DNA of 64,000 nucleotides, from NCBI GenBank assembly GCA_035529435.1, contig DATKWS010000154.1, positions 22,064 to 86,063 of the forward strand, written 5' to 3'. The stretch comes from Patescibacteria group bacterium. Lineage in GTDB: Bacteria; Krumholzibacteriota; Krumholzibacteriia; Krumholzibacteriales; Krumholzibacteriaceae. Shown here piece by piece: positions 54,961 through 64,000 of the stretch. Position 1 is the stretch's first letter; each line of letters starts with the position of its first letter. The notes beneath the pieces were generated by a model that did no database searches, had not been told where the DNA came from, and was given only the letters and a program-made list of their open reading frames with translations. Position numbers and translations under genes: made by a program.

Positions 54961-56102
54961 CGGAGACAACGGGTGTCACCGCCGTATTCGTCAATGCTCC
55001 GCGGCTCGGCGAGTTTCAATTCAGCCCTGATCATCCCTTCAAACCGGAGCGCATATCCCGGGTCTACCGTATGTGCCGGGAGCGGGGCCTGTTCTCCGGT
55101 CCCGGTGTGCGGGTCGATGAAGTGCGTGAGGCCGATCCCGGCGTCCTCGAGCGTTTTCACACACCGGCGTATATTGCGGCGCTGAAACGGGCCGACGGGG
55201 GCGATGATGTCGATCTCGACATGCTCCATCACGGTATCGGATCGATGGAGAATCCGGTCTTCCGGGGAATTCTCGAGTTCTCGACCCTCTCCGCCACGGC
55301 GAGCCGCCGAGCGGCACGGATCGTCCTCGAGGGGGCGGAGAGCGCCTTCAATCCCTGCGGCGGATTTCACCATGCTCATCCCGACCGTGCGTCGGGTTTC
55401 TGCTATGTCAACGATGTCGCGATCGCAATCGGGGAGCTGCGGGAGGCGGGCAGGCGCGTGGCCTATGTAGACATCGACGCGCATCACGGCGATGCGGTAC
55501 AGGAGGCCTTCTACGGCGACGCGTCCGTTCTCACCGTATCGATGCACGAGACGGGAAAAACGCTCTTTCCCTGGGGCGGATTCGAACGCGAGATCGGGGA
55601 GGGGAGCGGCAGGGGATTCAATATAAATATTCCCCTCGAACCCGGCACCGACGACGAGATCTTCATGCTCCTCTTCAGGGAAATCACACTGGAAGCCCTG
55701 CACCTCTTCCGGCCGGATGTCGTCGTGGGTCAGTTCGGGACCGATATGCTCGCAACCGATCCCCTCACACACCTCAAGCTCACCAACAACGGCTATATCG
55801 AGGCGGTGGAGTTGCTCCACAGGCATTTCCCCCGCATCGTCGCGCTCGGCGGCGGCGGATACCGGATGGAGGATGTCGTCAAGGGATGGACGCTGGTGTG
55901 GGCGGAGCTTGCCGGTATCCGGCTCGATGAGGGGTACGGTGGAGCGCTGGGGGGAGTCCTGCTTGGAGATTCGTCGATCCAGGGATCGGATCTCCGCGAC
56001 ATGCGGCTCTACACCACGGGACCGGTCAAGGAGAATCTCGTCGCTCAGGCCGAACGGCTCATCGCGCATTTTCGCGAAACGATAAAACCCCTTCTGTCGT
56101 AG
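54957..56102 (+). CDS. acuC: histone-deacetylase-family protein (AcuC/AphA-type lysine deacetylase)
   Basis: Zn/active-site motifs GFHHAHPDRASGFCYVND, DIDAHHGDAV and MHETGKTLFP. GTGA start overlaps the upstream gene. Confidence 0.8.
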   Translation: MTETTGVTAVFVNAPRLGEFQFSPDHPFKPERISRVYRMCRERGLFSGPGVRVDEVREADPGVLERFHTPAYIAALKRADGGDDVDLDMLHHGIGSMENPVFRGILEFSTLSATASRRAARIVLEGAESAFNPCGGFHHAHPDRASGFCYVNDVAIAIGELREAGRRVAYVDIDAHHGDAVQEAFYGDASVLTVSMHETGKTLFPWGGFEREIGEGSGRGFNINIPLEPGTDDEIFMLLFREITLEALHLFRPDVVVGQFGTDMLATDPLTHLKLTNNGYIEAVELLHRHFPRIVALGGGGYRMEDVVKGWTLVWAELAGIRLDEGYGGALGGVLLGDSSIQGSDLRDMRLYTTGPVKENLVAQAERLIAHFRETIKPLLS

Positions 56103-56314
56103 CATGATCCGATAGCACTTGCCGGAGCACGGACCGTTTGCACGACCGTACGTCCCGTGGACGGACCGGCGCGCGTGGAATTCTCCGGGTGCCGAAGAAA
56201 GTATTTGAATGTACGTATCCAACGTCTTATGTTACTTCACGTCATATCGATACCGCGTGCGCGATTGATCGCGCCGCACGGGAATGCCGTGGGAGAAACC
56301 GTTTGAGCGTCGGA

Positions 56315-58741
56315 ATGGAATTCATAGAGGCGGAACTGAACGCCCTGATCGATGCCATACGTGAATCGGGCGGCTCGCGGGAAATCGAACGTGCGCTGCA
56401 AGAAGCGGTCGAGTCGGTCCATTACGGGAAGGTCCCGGATGAGGACGGGCTGATCGAGTTGATCCGCAATGTCATCGGCATCTCCAAGCCGTCGATACTC
56501 TCCCGGGGCTGGGAGGAGACCTGGGGCAACCTCTTCTCGCATCTCATTCAGATCATACAGAGTGGCGAGCGTGGAACTGAACGGGTGATCTCGTACCTGT
56601 ACGGGAACGCCGTTCTCCCCGATACGGTGAGGGATGAGCGTATTCTGTGCGTGAATCCCGGTTCGACATCGACGAAGCTGGCGCTGTTCCGGGGGCTCAT
56701 GCGCGAGGCGACCGCCGAGGTGCATATTCCACCCGATTTCGACGACAGTGTCGAGAGCCGCTGCGAGGCGATCATCCAGTGGGTGGAACAGCGGGGCATC
56801 GCGCCCGGCGGGCTGACCGGCATCTCGTGCCGGGGCGGTTTCGTTCTTCCCGTACCGACGGGCACCTACAAGGTGTGCAGCGAAATGGTGGAGGATCTCT
56901 CCGAGCCCCGCATCCAGCACGCATCGAACATGGCAATCCCGATCGGCCTGCGGCTCAAGGAACGGTTTGGAAACGGCGGCAATCTTCTCATCACCACGAC
57001 CGATCCCGTCGCATCCGACGAGATGGAAACCGGGGTGCGGCTCACCGGCATCCTGAGGATTCTCCGCGATGGGTCGGGTGCTCACTACCTCAGTCATCAG
57101 GCGGTTCATCGTCTCACCTGCTCGATCATCGGGTGCGAGCCGGACCGGTTCACGAGTATCAGCGCCCATCTGGGCGGCGGGATATCGATCGTCAGGCACA
57201 TGGACGGGATCATCGGCGATCTCGTGAATGCATTCGCCGGCATTCCGAGTGCGAACCGTTCCGGGAACATACCCCTCGACTGCCTCATGGAGGCGATCGA
57301 TCGGGGCGAGATAAGTTTTCACGAGCTGAAGAAGTACCTCTACCGCGAGGGCGGATTGATAAATCTGACCGGTACGAACGATTTCCGCGCCCTGCTGCAT
57401 TTCAGGGATACCGGCGCCGTCGAGCGGCAGCGGAAAAAGATAGAGCTGGTTGTCGATTTTCTCGCGGCAAACATCGCGAGCTCGGTGATGAAGCTCGCGG
57501 CGGTCGAGGGAGCGATCGACGTCGTTGTTCTCACGGGAGGCCTCTCGCGGAGCTCCGAGTTCACCGGCCGTATAAAGCGCAAGGTTTTTCCCTACTTTCC
57601 CGTTGTCGTGATACCCGGTTCGATCGAGCATGAATCGATGGTGGCCGGTCATCTCCGCGCCCGGTACACTCGCGGTGAGATGAAGGATTACCGGATCGAG
57701 CGCGACCGGCTCAGGCGGCGGCGGATGGAGGAGCGGGAACTCCTCGAGACGGAGATTTTCCCGCATCCGCACCTGCGCAGGCGCGAGAGCGCCCCGATCA
57801 CGAGCCTCGACGAGCTGGTGTACATGTCCCGCTCGCTCGTGGCCAAGTATCGCGCTCCGCGGGTCGCGATCGTCGGGGCCGAGAACGAGGATGCGGTGGT
57901 GGCGGCCAAACAGGCCAATGAGGAGGGTCGGTATCCGGTCGCCAAGTTTCTCCTCGTCGGTGACTATTACGAGGTCAACAAGCTGGCGTGGGAGTACGAT
58001 ATCACGGTCGACGGCGATAACTACACGATCGTCGACTCCGATGACCCGGTTGCACGGGCCGTCGAGCTGCTCGATGCGGGGGAGGCGGACCTTCTCATGA
58101 AGGGGAGGGTCAAGACGGCCGAAATCATGGGGGGAGCCCTTCACTATCTCAAGGCAAGCAAACGCCTCAAGAAGGACCGCATCTACAGCCATGTCGGTAT
58201 CTTCCAAATACCCAATTATCCCAAGCTTCTCATGGTGACCGACGCGGCGCTGATACCGAGCCCCACGGAGAAGATGAAGGCGAAGATCCTTGAAAACGCG
58301 CTGACGGTCTGCGGGTATCTGAATATCACGAAACCGAAGGTCGCGGTCATCTCCGCGGTCGAGACGATGAATCCGAGCGTCGAATCATCGATGCTGGCCG
58401 GCGAGTTCGCCGCCCGGTACCGGGACCGGACCGACTGCATCATCGAAGGTCCCCTCTCGCTCGATGTGGCGATGGATCCACGTTCCGCGCACGAGAAGAA
58501 ATATGCCGGGCAGATCAAGGGGAACGCCGATGTGCTGCTCATGCCCGACATAGAGGCCGGCAATGTCGTCTACAAGTCGCTCACCGTTTCTTCGGGCGCG
58601 TACCTCGCAGGGGCCATCATGGGGGCGGGTATCCCGATCATCCTGACATCGCGCGGGGACTCGGCGCGATCGAAACTCGCCTCGATCTGTCTCGCATGTC
58701 TCATTGCACTGAAGCAGGGGGATTTGCCCCTGGTCGAGTGA
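56315..58741 (+). CDS. fusion protein: N-terminal about 100-aa domain + butyrate-kinase-like acyl kinase + phosphate butyryl/acetyl-transferase
   Basis: ASKHA-fold kinase motif ILCVNPGSTSTKLALF. C-terminal Ptb/Pta fold (ISAVETMNP, GPLSLDVAMD, ADVLLMPDIEAGNVVYK). Confidence 0.7.
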   Translation: MEFIEAELNALIDAIRESGGSREIERALQEAVESVHYGKVPDEDGLIELIRNVIGISKPSILSRGWEETWGNLFSHLIQIIQSGERGTERVISYLYGNAVLPDTVRDERILCVNPGSTSTKLALFRGLMREATAEVHIPPDFDDSVESRCEAIIQWVEQRGIAPGGLTGISCRGGFVLPVPTGTYKVCSEMVEDLSEPRIQHASNMAIPIGLRLKERFGNGGNLLITTTDPVASDEMETGVRLTGILRILRDGSGAHYLSHQAVHRLTCSIIGCEPDRFTSISAHLGGGISIVRHMDGIIGDLVNAFAGIPSANRSGNIPLDCLMEAIDRGEISFHELKKYLYREGGLINLTGTNDFRALLHFRDTGAVERQRKKIELVVDFLAANIASSVMKLAAVEGAIDVVVLTGGLSRSSEFTGRIKRKVFPYFPVVVIPGSIEHESMVAGHLRARYTRGEMKDYRIERDRLRRRRMEERELLETEIFPHPHLRRRESAPITSLDELVYMSRSLVAKYRAPRVAIVGAENEDAVVAAKQANEEGRYPVAKFLLVGDYYEVNKLAWEYDITVDGDNYTIVDSDDPVARAVELLDAGEADLLMKGRVKTAEIMGGALHYLKASKRLKKDRIYSHVGIFQIPNYPKLLMVTDAALIPSPTEKMKAKILENALTVCGYLNITKPKVAVISAVETMNPSVESSMLAGEFAARYRDRTDCIIEGPLSLDVAMDPRSAHEKKYAGQIKGNADVLLMPDIEAGNVVYKSLTVSSGAYLAGAIMGAGIPIILTSRGDSARSKLASICLACLIALKQGDLPLVE

Positions 58742-58831
58742 AACCAATGCGGCTGGCACGCTCGACCGTACCGGCTGCCGAAGCGGCTCACCGCGAAACG
58801 ATGATCACCCGATACGTCCGGAGGTGCACCA

Positions 58832-60538
58832 ATGGAAAAGCGGAGCAAACGCTTAGTGCTGCTTCTCTTCATCGTCTTTTTCCTCGTCGTGATTCCGTTG
58901 ATGGCGTTTTTCGGTCTCTTCTCGCGGGGAGCCCGGACGGGAATCAAGGCAAAGGCGGTGGTTCTCGATGTACAGGGGAGCATGCTCGATTACGAGCCAC
59001 AATTCTCCGCCGGTATCCTTCTGGCCAGGAATGGGAACACCCAGACCTATGTGCTGACCGTCATCGACAGGGCGGCGCGGGATCGGCGCGTCGGGGCCCT
59101 CGTCGTGCGGGTGCTGCCCTCGTCCGCCGGCGCCGCCAAGTGCGATGAGATCCGCAGTGCGCTGAACCGGTTCAGGAAGACCGGCAAGCGGGTGATCGTC
59201 TTCTCGCCGATGCTCGTCAACCACCACTACCTGATCGCCTGCGCCGCGGATTCCGTATTCATGCCCCCCAGCGGATATCTCCTTCTCTCCGGTCCTGCCT
59301 CCAGCGCGATGTTCATTCGCGGGACGTTCGACAAGCTGGGGATCGCACCGAACATTCACCGGATCGGGGAGTACAAGTCGGCGGCCGAGATGTTCACCGA
59401 ACGTGAGAGAACGCCCCCGTCGCGCCGGATGGTCGAACAACTGCTGCGGGATCTCCACGATCGGTTCGTTGAATCGGTGGCCGCCGGCCGGGGGGTGGGT
59501 GAAGATACCGTTCGCGCATGGATCGACCGCACCCTCTTCAGTCCCCGCAATGCGCTGCGGGAGGGTCTCATAGACGGCGTCCGGTACTGGGACCAGATCG
59601 TTTCGTCGCTCGGCGGTGGGCGCACGGAGCTCGTGAATTCGCGCGAGTACATGCGCTCGGCGGGAGCGATCTCCCTCGCTGCGCCGCGCATCGCCGTTGT
59701 GCATGCGCAGGGAAGGATCGTCATGGGGGAGAGCGGAATCGATCCGGTCGACGGTCTCACGATGGGATCGGAGACGATCACCCGCGAACTGCGCAGGGCG
59801 CGCACCAGCAGCCGGATCGATGCGGTCATTCTCAGGGTCGATTCCCCCGGCGGCGATGCGCTCGCCGGTGAGATGATAGCCCGCGCCGTCGAGATCACTG
59901 CCCGCGAAAAACCGGTTGTCGTGTCGATGTCGGATGTCGCCGCATCGGGTGGATACGAGATCTCCTACCGGGCCGATTGCATCGTCGCGCTTCCGGGAAG
60001 CGTGACGGGATCGATCGGATCGATCATCGGAAAACTGAACATGCGCGGCCTGTACAACCGCATCGGTGTGACCAAGGATGAGATCGGCATCGGGGGGAAG
60101 GCCCTGATGAATTCCGATTACCGTGATTTCAGCGACGAGGAATGGGACGTCATCAAGGAGGAGCACTGGGCCTTTTACCGCGACTGGATCGCCGATATCG
60201 CCCGCCGCCGCGACATGACGGTGGAGGAGGTGGACTCGCTTGGCAGGGGGCGTGTCTGGACCGGCAGCCAGGCGATCGAGCGGGGATTGATAGATGAGCT
60301 TGGAGGACTCGATCGGGCGCTCGAAGAGGCGTGTGACCTCGCCGGCATCGAGGATCCCTCACGCGTCGTCCTGGTGCATTACCCCGAGCGGATGAGCCTG
60401 GTTCAGATTCTCCTCTCCGGCCGGTTGTTCGACGGTACGGTCGAGTATGCATTACACGCCGCGCTTCAACGGGTCCTTGCGGGGAGCGGACCGGTCATGT
60501 TCCGCCGTGAATTGCCGGAATCGATGGATATGCGCTGA
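58832..60538 (+). CDS. sppA: signal peptide peptidase SppA, 67K (tandem S49 domain) type
   Basis: N-terminal TM anchor. Two ClpP/crotonase-like S49 repeats with the catalytic Ser/Lys regions (SMSDVAASGGY). Confidence 0.8.
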   Translation: MEKRSKRLVLLLFIVFFLVVIPLMAFFGLFSRGARTGIKAKAVVLDVQGSMLDYEPQFSAGILLARNGNTQTYVLTVIDRAARDRRVGALVVRVLPSSAGAAKCDEIRSALNRFRKTGKRVIVFSPMLVNHHYLIACAADSVFMPPSGYLLLSGPASSAMFIRGTFDKLGIAPNIHRIGEYKSAAEMFTERERTPPSRRMVEQLLRDLHDRFVESVAAGRGVGEDTVRAWIDRTLFSPRNALREGLIDGVRYWDQIVSSLGGGRTELVNSREYMRSAGAISLAAPRIAVVHAQGRIVMGESGIDPVDGLTMGSETITRELRRARTSSRIDAVILRVDSPGGDALAGEMIARAVEITAREKPVVVSMSDVAASGGYEISYRADCIVALPGSVTGSIGSIIGKLNMRGLYNRIGVTKDEIGIGGKALMNSDYRDFSDEEWDVIKEEHWAFYRDWIADIARRRDMTVEEVDSLGRGRVWTGSQAIERGLIDELGGLDRALEEACDLAGIEDPSRVVLVHYPERMSLVQILLSGRLFDGTVEYALHAALQRVLAGSGPVMFRRELPESMDMR

Positions 60539-60543
60539 ACCGC

Positions 60544-62208
60544 TCAGAATCGGTACCGGAGATCAAGGATGAGATACAGCATGTTTCCGGGAGTGAGAGA
60601 GGAACCCGAGTAGAGATCGAAGACGAGGCTGTTTTTGTAGTTCAGCGAGAATCCGACCGTTGCGGAGTAGTCGGACTGTATCTCGTCCTCCGCGTTCTCC
60701 GCCATGGATATGCCTTCGAGTGCCCGGTACACCATGCGTCCCGTACCGTTTGATACGGGTGCGCCGGAGGGAACCCGGGCAGACTCGATATAGATCGGTG
60801 GTATGAGGTACGCCTCGGTGTCCCGGATCCATCCGACCTGGGTGGTGAATCCCGCAAACAGGGTGAAATAGCCGGCCGGCCTGAACTCGACTGCTACCGG
60901 TATGACCAGCTGTGCGTGGATACGCTCCATTTCGAAATGGGAAGGACACGTGACCGATGTCTCCTCCACGGCGATGTCATACACCGTTTTTCTCTTGAAT
61001 CGGGCCGTTGGTTCCTCCTTGTTCAATGAACGGCAGAACGAACCGCTGAATCCGGCGGTCACATCGATCCTCCGCTCGAGGCGGAATGTCTTGCCTCCCT
61101 TGACGAAGATGGAGTATTCGGTGAAATCGCCTTCTCCGGTTATCGCCTGGTACGAAATGAAATCGGTCGTGAAGCTGCGCCACTTGTAATCGCGCCGGGT
61201 TTTGATCCAGTCTCCGTCGTACGCCGCGGTGTGATATCCGCCGCCGGCGAATATTCTGAATCCCTTCGCGAACGTGTGCCGCCCCCACAGATCGAACGAC
61301 CACATCGTTCCGTCCTTGTCGTCGATCCAGTCGAAACGGGTGTAATCGTAGCTCGTCCGCGTTCCGGTCGATACCTGATACCCGTTCTTGATATCGAGAA
61401 AGAAATCCTCCGTGCGCACGTTCACTTCGCCCTCGGAAATCCTGAACATCAACTCGCTGTCATTTCCGTTTTGTGTGCCCGAAAGCAGTCCGACCTGGAG
61501 ATACGGGGACAGCCAGCGCCGTGTTTTCTCGTCGTAATCGTGCCGTCTCTCGGTGTCGTGGAGATACGTTTCTCCATAACTCTCCGTGAACTGGTACCGT
61601 TCGGTGTATTTGGTCACCTGCTGCGTCCAATGGTAGTAGCAGTCGAATGCGCCGATACGGAAGCCGAGGATACGATCCTCTCCGATGCGCCGGGAGCAGG
61701 AAACGGCCGCGTGCATGTAATTGTTTTCGTTGTTGTTACGAATCGAGCTCAATGTGTTCGTGAAATCCAGGCCGGAGTAGGACACCTCGGGATACGAGTC
61801 CGTTTCATCGTCCGTATCGATGAACCACTCCGAAATCAGTGCGATATCGCATCCCCGCAGCCTGATGCCGTGGGCTAGCAGTTCATTGGTACGGTACTGG
61901 CCGGTTTCCGGCCTCGCGAGGATCTGGGTCATGTTGAACTGGAGGAATGGGAAGCGGTATACGGGCGATTCCCTCTGTCCATAGTTGATGGTGAATCCGT
62001 CGGACAACGATGCGTATGCCGGATTGAACATCAGATCGGTGTAGTAATCCGGTATGATGCCGGAAACGGCCGATCCGCCCAGTGCGTAGATACGCGCCGA
62101 GTAGTGTGTCTGTGCCCCCGCTCCCGGGACGTAACAGATCGGTACGATCGACGATAGCGCGATAATGGTCATCAGCCTGTATCGGGGCACCGGCATCGCA
62201 ATCTCCAT
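60544..62208 (-). CDS. hypothetical outer-membrane beta-barrel protein
   Basis: Signal peptide. Alternating amphipathic beta-strand pattern. Ends in the aromatic C-terminal residue motif (…DLRYRF). Confidence 0.45.
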   Translation of the reverse strand: MEIAMPVPRYRLMTIIALSSIVPICYVPGAGAQTHYSARIYALGGSAVSGIIPDYYTDLMFNPAYASLSDGFTINYGQRESPVYRFPFLQFNMTQILARPETGQYRTNELLAHGIRLRGCDIALISEWFIDTDDETDSYPEVSYSGLDFTNTLSSIRNNNENNYMHAAVSCSRRIGEDRILGFRIGAFDCYYHWTQQVTKYTERYQFTESYGETYLHDTERRHDYDEKTRRWLSPYLQVGLLSGTQNGNDSELMFRISEGEVNVRTEDFFLDIKNGYQVSTGTRTSYDYTRFDWIDDKDGTMWSFDLWGRHTFAKGFRIFAGGGYHTAAYDGDWIKTRRDYKWRSFTTDFISYQAITGEGDFTEYSIFVKGGKTFRLERRIDVTAGFSGSFCRSLNKEEPTARFKRKTVYDIAVEETSVTCPSHFEMERIHAQLVIPVAVEFRPAGYFTLFAGFTTQVGWIRDTEAYLIPPIYIESARVPSGAPVSNGTGRMVYRALEGISMAENAEDEIQSDYSATVGFSLNYKNSLVFDLYSGSSLTPGNMLYLILDLRYRF

Positions 62209-62538
62209 TCTGACAGCGGCAATGATAGATTTACTATACGCCGTGCCGCCGGTGCATATCAATACGAAAGTTGATGCGCCGGCCGTGAAACGGTCTCGCG
62301 CCGGCCGCACATAATTAATTGAAATAATATTATATATATGATACAATGCTCAATCGGTGGGGAATGGATATATGGTAAGTGGGGGGAATCATTACACCAA
62401 TGTCACTGTTCCCGGTGTGCAAGAGGGTGAAATATACCCTCCGAGGTAAGGAAGGAGGTACTATATATACACTTTCAGCTTCTCTTGATAACCCTTTAAT
62501 GGGTTGAAATAGCCAACCAGATGCAAGGAGAATGTAGA

Positions 62539-64000
62539 ATGAAGAATAACAGATGGCTGTTCCTTTTCGCGGTTGCCGTGCTGGCGTTGGCTTTCTCGAC
62601 AGTCGCCGTGCTCGCGCAGGCACCGCAGAAGGCACCGAAGAGGATCTATAATCCGCCGGAGGAGAATTTCGGCTTCGTTCCGGCGCCTCACGATGTCAGC
62701 CACATACAGCCCACTCCGCTCCTTCAGGGCACATTGCAGCCCGCTACGTGGGACTGGCGGATGCTGATGGGCGTATCCTCGGTGAAGAACCAGAATCCAT
62801 ACGGAACATGCTGGGCCTTCGCCGCGTGCGGTGACCTCGAGTCCAAGATCATGATCGCGGAAATGATCGAATACGACTACTCCGAGCTCAACATCCAGGC
62901 CTGCAATCCGACGAACACCAACTGCAACGCCGGCGGCAACGCCTACACGTCGACCAGCTACCTCGCGCTCCTCGGCTCGGTCGATGAGACCTGCGATCCG
63001 TACCCCGGCGGATGCCCGACGCCGACATGCATCAATCCGTCGTGCTCCTACCTGAAGCAGGTCACCGACTGGATTCTCATTCCGGACAACGTGGTTGCGA
63101 TCAAGAACGCCGTCATGACGTACGGTCCGGTCTACACTTCGATGTACGCGAGCTTTCCCGGCTTCGGCACCTATAACGGCAGCTACTGCCTTACCTACGG
63201 CGGCAGCGAGGATCCGAACCACGCCGTGCTGATCGTCGGTTGGGACGACGCCATGTGCAGCGGGAACGGCGCCTGGATCGTGAAGAACTCGTGGGGTACG
63301 GGCTGGGGTGCGGCGGGATTCTTCTATATCCAGTACGGCCATGCCCGTATCGGTGAGAACTCGAACGTCATAACCCAGTACAAGGATTACGATCCCAACG
63401 AGACGATCCTCTACTGGGACGAGTGGGGATGGTGGAGCAGCGTCGGCTACGGCGACGGCGTCGACTGGGGTATGGTGGAGATCACACCGACGACCAACGA
63501 GTTCCTGTTGACCGTCGATACGTGGGCCACCGCCTCGCCGACCTCCTACACGATGACGATATACGACGATTTCACGGGCGGCAGCCTGAGCAATGTACTC
63601 TACGGCCCCGTTTCGGGTGCGTGGACGGATGCCGGGTATCACAGCCTCGCGATCGATCCGCTGCTATCGGTGGGCGCCGGGAACGCGATCTATATCGAGA
63701 TCGAGTACAACACGGCGCCGTACGGTTACCCGGTTCCGTACGACGATTCCGGCCCGATGGAGACGGCGAAGACCTACATCAGCAACAGCGGCACGACCTG
63801 GAACGATCTCGGCAATGGCGGATACGCGATGGGCGACATCGGTATCCGTGGACGGATCGGGCCGCCGCCGCCGCCGCCGAACCCCTGTTGCACGTACGAA
63901 GGCGACCCGGCGTTTTATGTTGATTTCGGCGAGGACACCCACGACATGATCGCCGGCGAGACCTATTGCTGGACCGTCGGTCCCTGCAACTTCGGGTTCG
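62539..64000 (+). CDS. secreted papain-like (C1 family) cysteine peptidase, C-terminally truncated by window end
   Basis: AAGGAG RBS. Signal peptide. Catalytic Cys in NQNPYGTCWAFAA. His in NHAVLIVGWDD. Asn/Trp in NSWG. Poly-Pro linker GPPPPPPNP near the window end. Confidence 0.7.
   Translation, partial: MKNNRWLFLFAVAVLALAFSTVAVLAQAPQKAPKRIYNPPEENFGFVPAPHDVSHIQPTPLLQGTLQPATWDWRMLMGVSSVKNQNPYGTCWAFAACGDLESKIMIAEMIEYDYSELNIQACNPTNTNCNAGGNAYTSTSYLALLGSVDETCDPYPGGCPTPTCINPSCSYLKQVTDWILIPDNVVAIKNAVMTYGPVYTSMYASFPGFGTYNGSYCLTYGGSEDPNHAVLIVGWDDAMCSGNGAWIVKNSWGTGWGAAGFFYIQYGHARIGENSNVITQYKDYDPNETILYWDEWGWWSSVGYGDGVDWGMVEITPTTNEFLLTVDTWATASPTSYTMTIYDDFTGGSLSNVLYGPVSGAWTDAGYHSLAIDPLLSVGAGNAIYIEIEYNTAPYGYPVPYDDSGPMETAKTYISNSGTTWNDLGNGGYAMGDIGIRGRIGPPPPPPNPCCTYEGDPAFYVDFGEDTHDMIAGETYCWTVGPCNFGF

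Noticed and set aside
1-64000. CRISPR arrays, rRNA and tRNA genes
   Set aside because: No regularly spaced direct repeats and no tRNA or rRNA-like sequence were noticed anywhere in the window.

Overview
This is a high-GC (about 65%) bacterial chromosomal window with dense coding on both strands, mostly transporter and metabolic genes, and no rRNA, tRNA or CRISPR array. The features, in order along the window, are: OPT oligopeptide transporter, SAM-dependent methyltransferase, lipoprotein, LapA-like small membrane protein, biotin-carrying pyruvate-carboxylase/oxaloacetate-decarboxylase 5S subunit, Zn-dependent alcohol dehydrogenase, DhnA-type aldolase, MFS transporter, secreted Memo-like protein, DUF192 protein, ClC chloride channel, GT4 glycosyltransferase, NAD salvage pair pncB-pncA, and a lipoprotein gene interrupted by an in-frame TGA. 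These are followed by a cusCBA heavy-metal RND efflux operon divergent from a periplasmic msrAB fusion, an AbgT-family transporter, a NikR-regulated cbiM-cbiN-cbi(Q-O fusion) nickel/cobalt ECF importer, an endonuclease-III-like protein, and a MITE-like inverted-repeat element present twice (31.5 kb and 52.9 kb). Cyclophilin, PhzF isomerase, S9 peptidase, SppA, an outer-membrane beta-barrel and a secreted papain-like C1 peptidase (truncated at the window end) fill the rest. The most unusual locus (32.0-41.3 kb) is a Fur-headed iron/oxygen gene cluster with a rubredoxin-flavin-reductase fusion, a diiron rubrerythrin-like protein and two rubredoxins. It is embedded in a partner-switching signalling module: a rubrerythrin-like domain fused to a PP2C phosphatase, a sensor-HAMP-PP2C phosphatase, a single protein fusing an RsbW-type serine kinase to its STAS substrate domain, and an orphan GAF histidine kinase. 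This looks like a previously undescribed redox/iron-sensing partner-switch. Other notable loci are a CoA-transferase-GNAT fusion translationally coupled to an AcuC deacetylase next to a butyrate-kinase-phosphotransbutyrylase fusion, an ECF sigma/anti-sigma/CHAT-TPR operon, and a glutaredoxin plus ferredoxin-thioredoxin-reductase-like pair beside a radical SAM enzyme.
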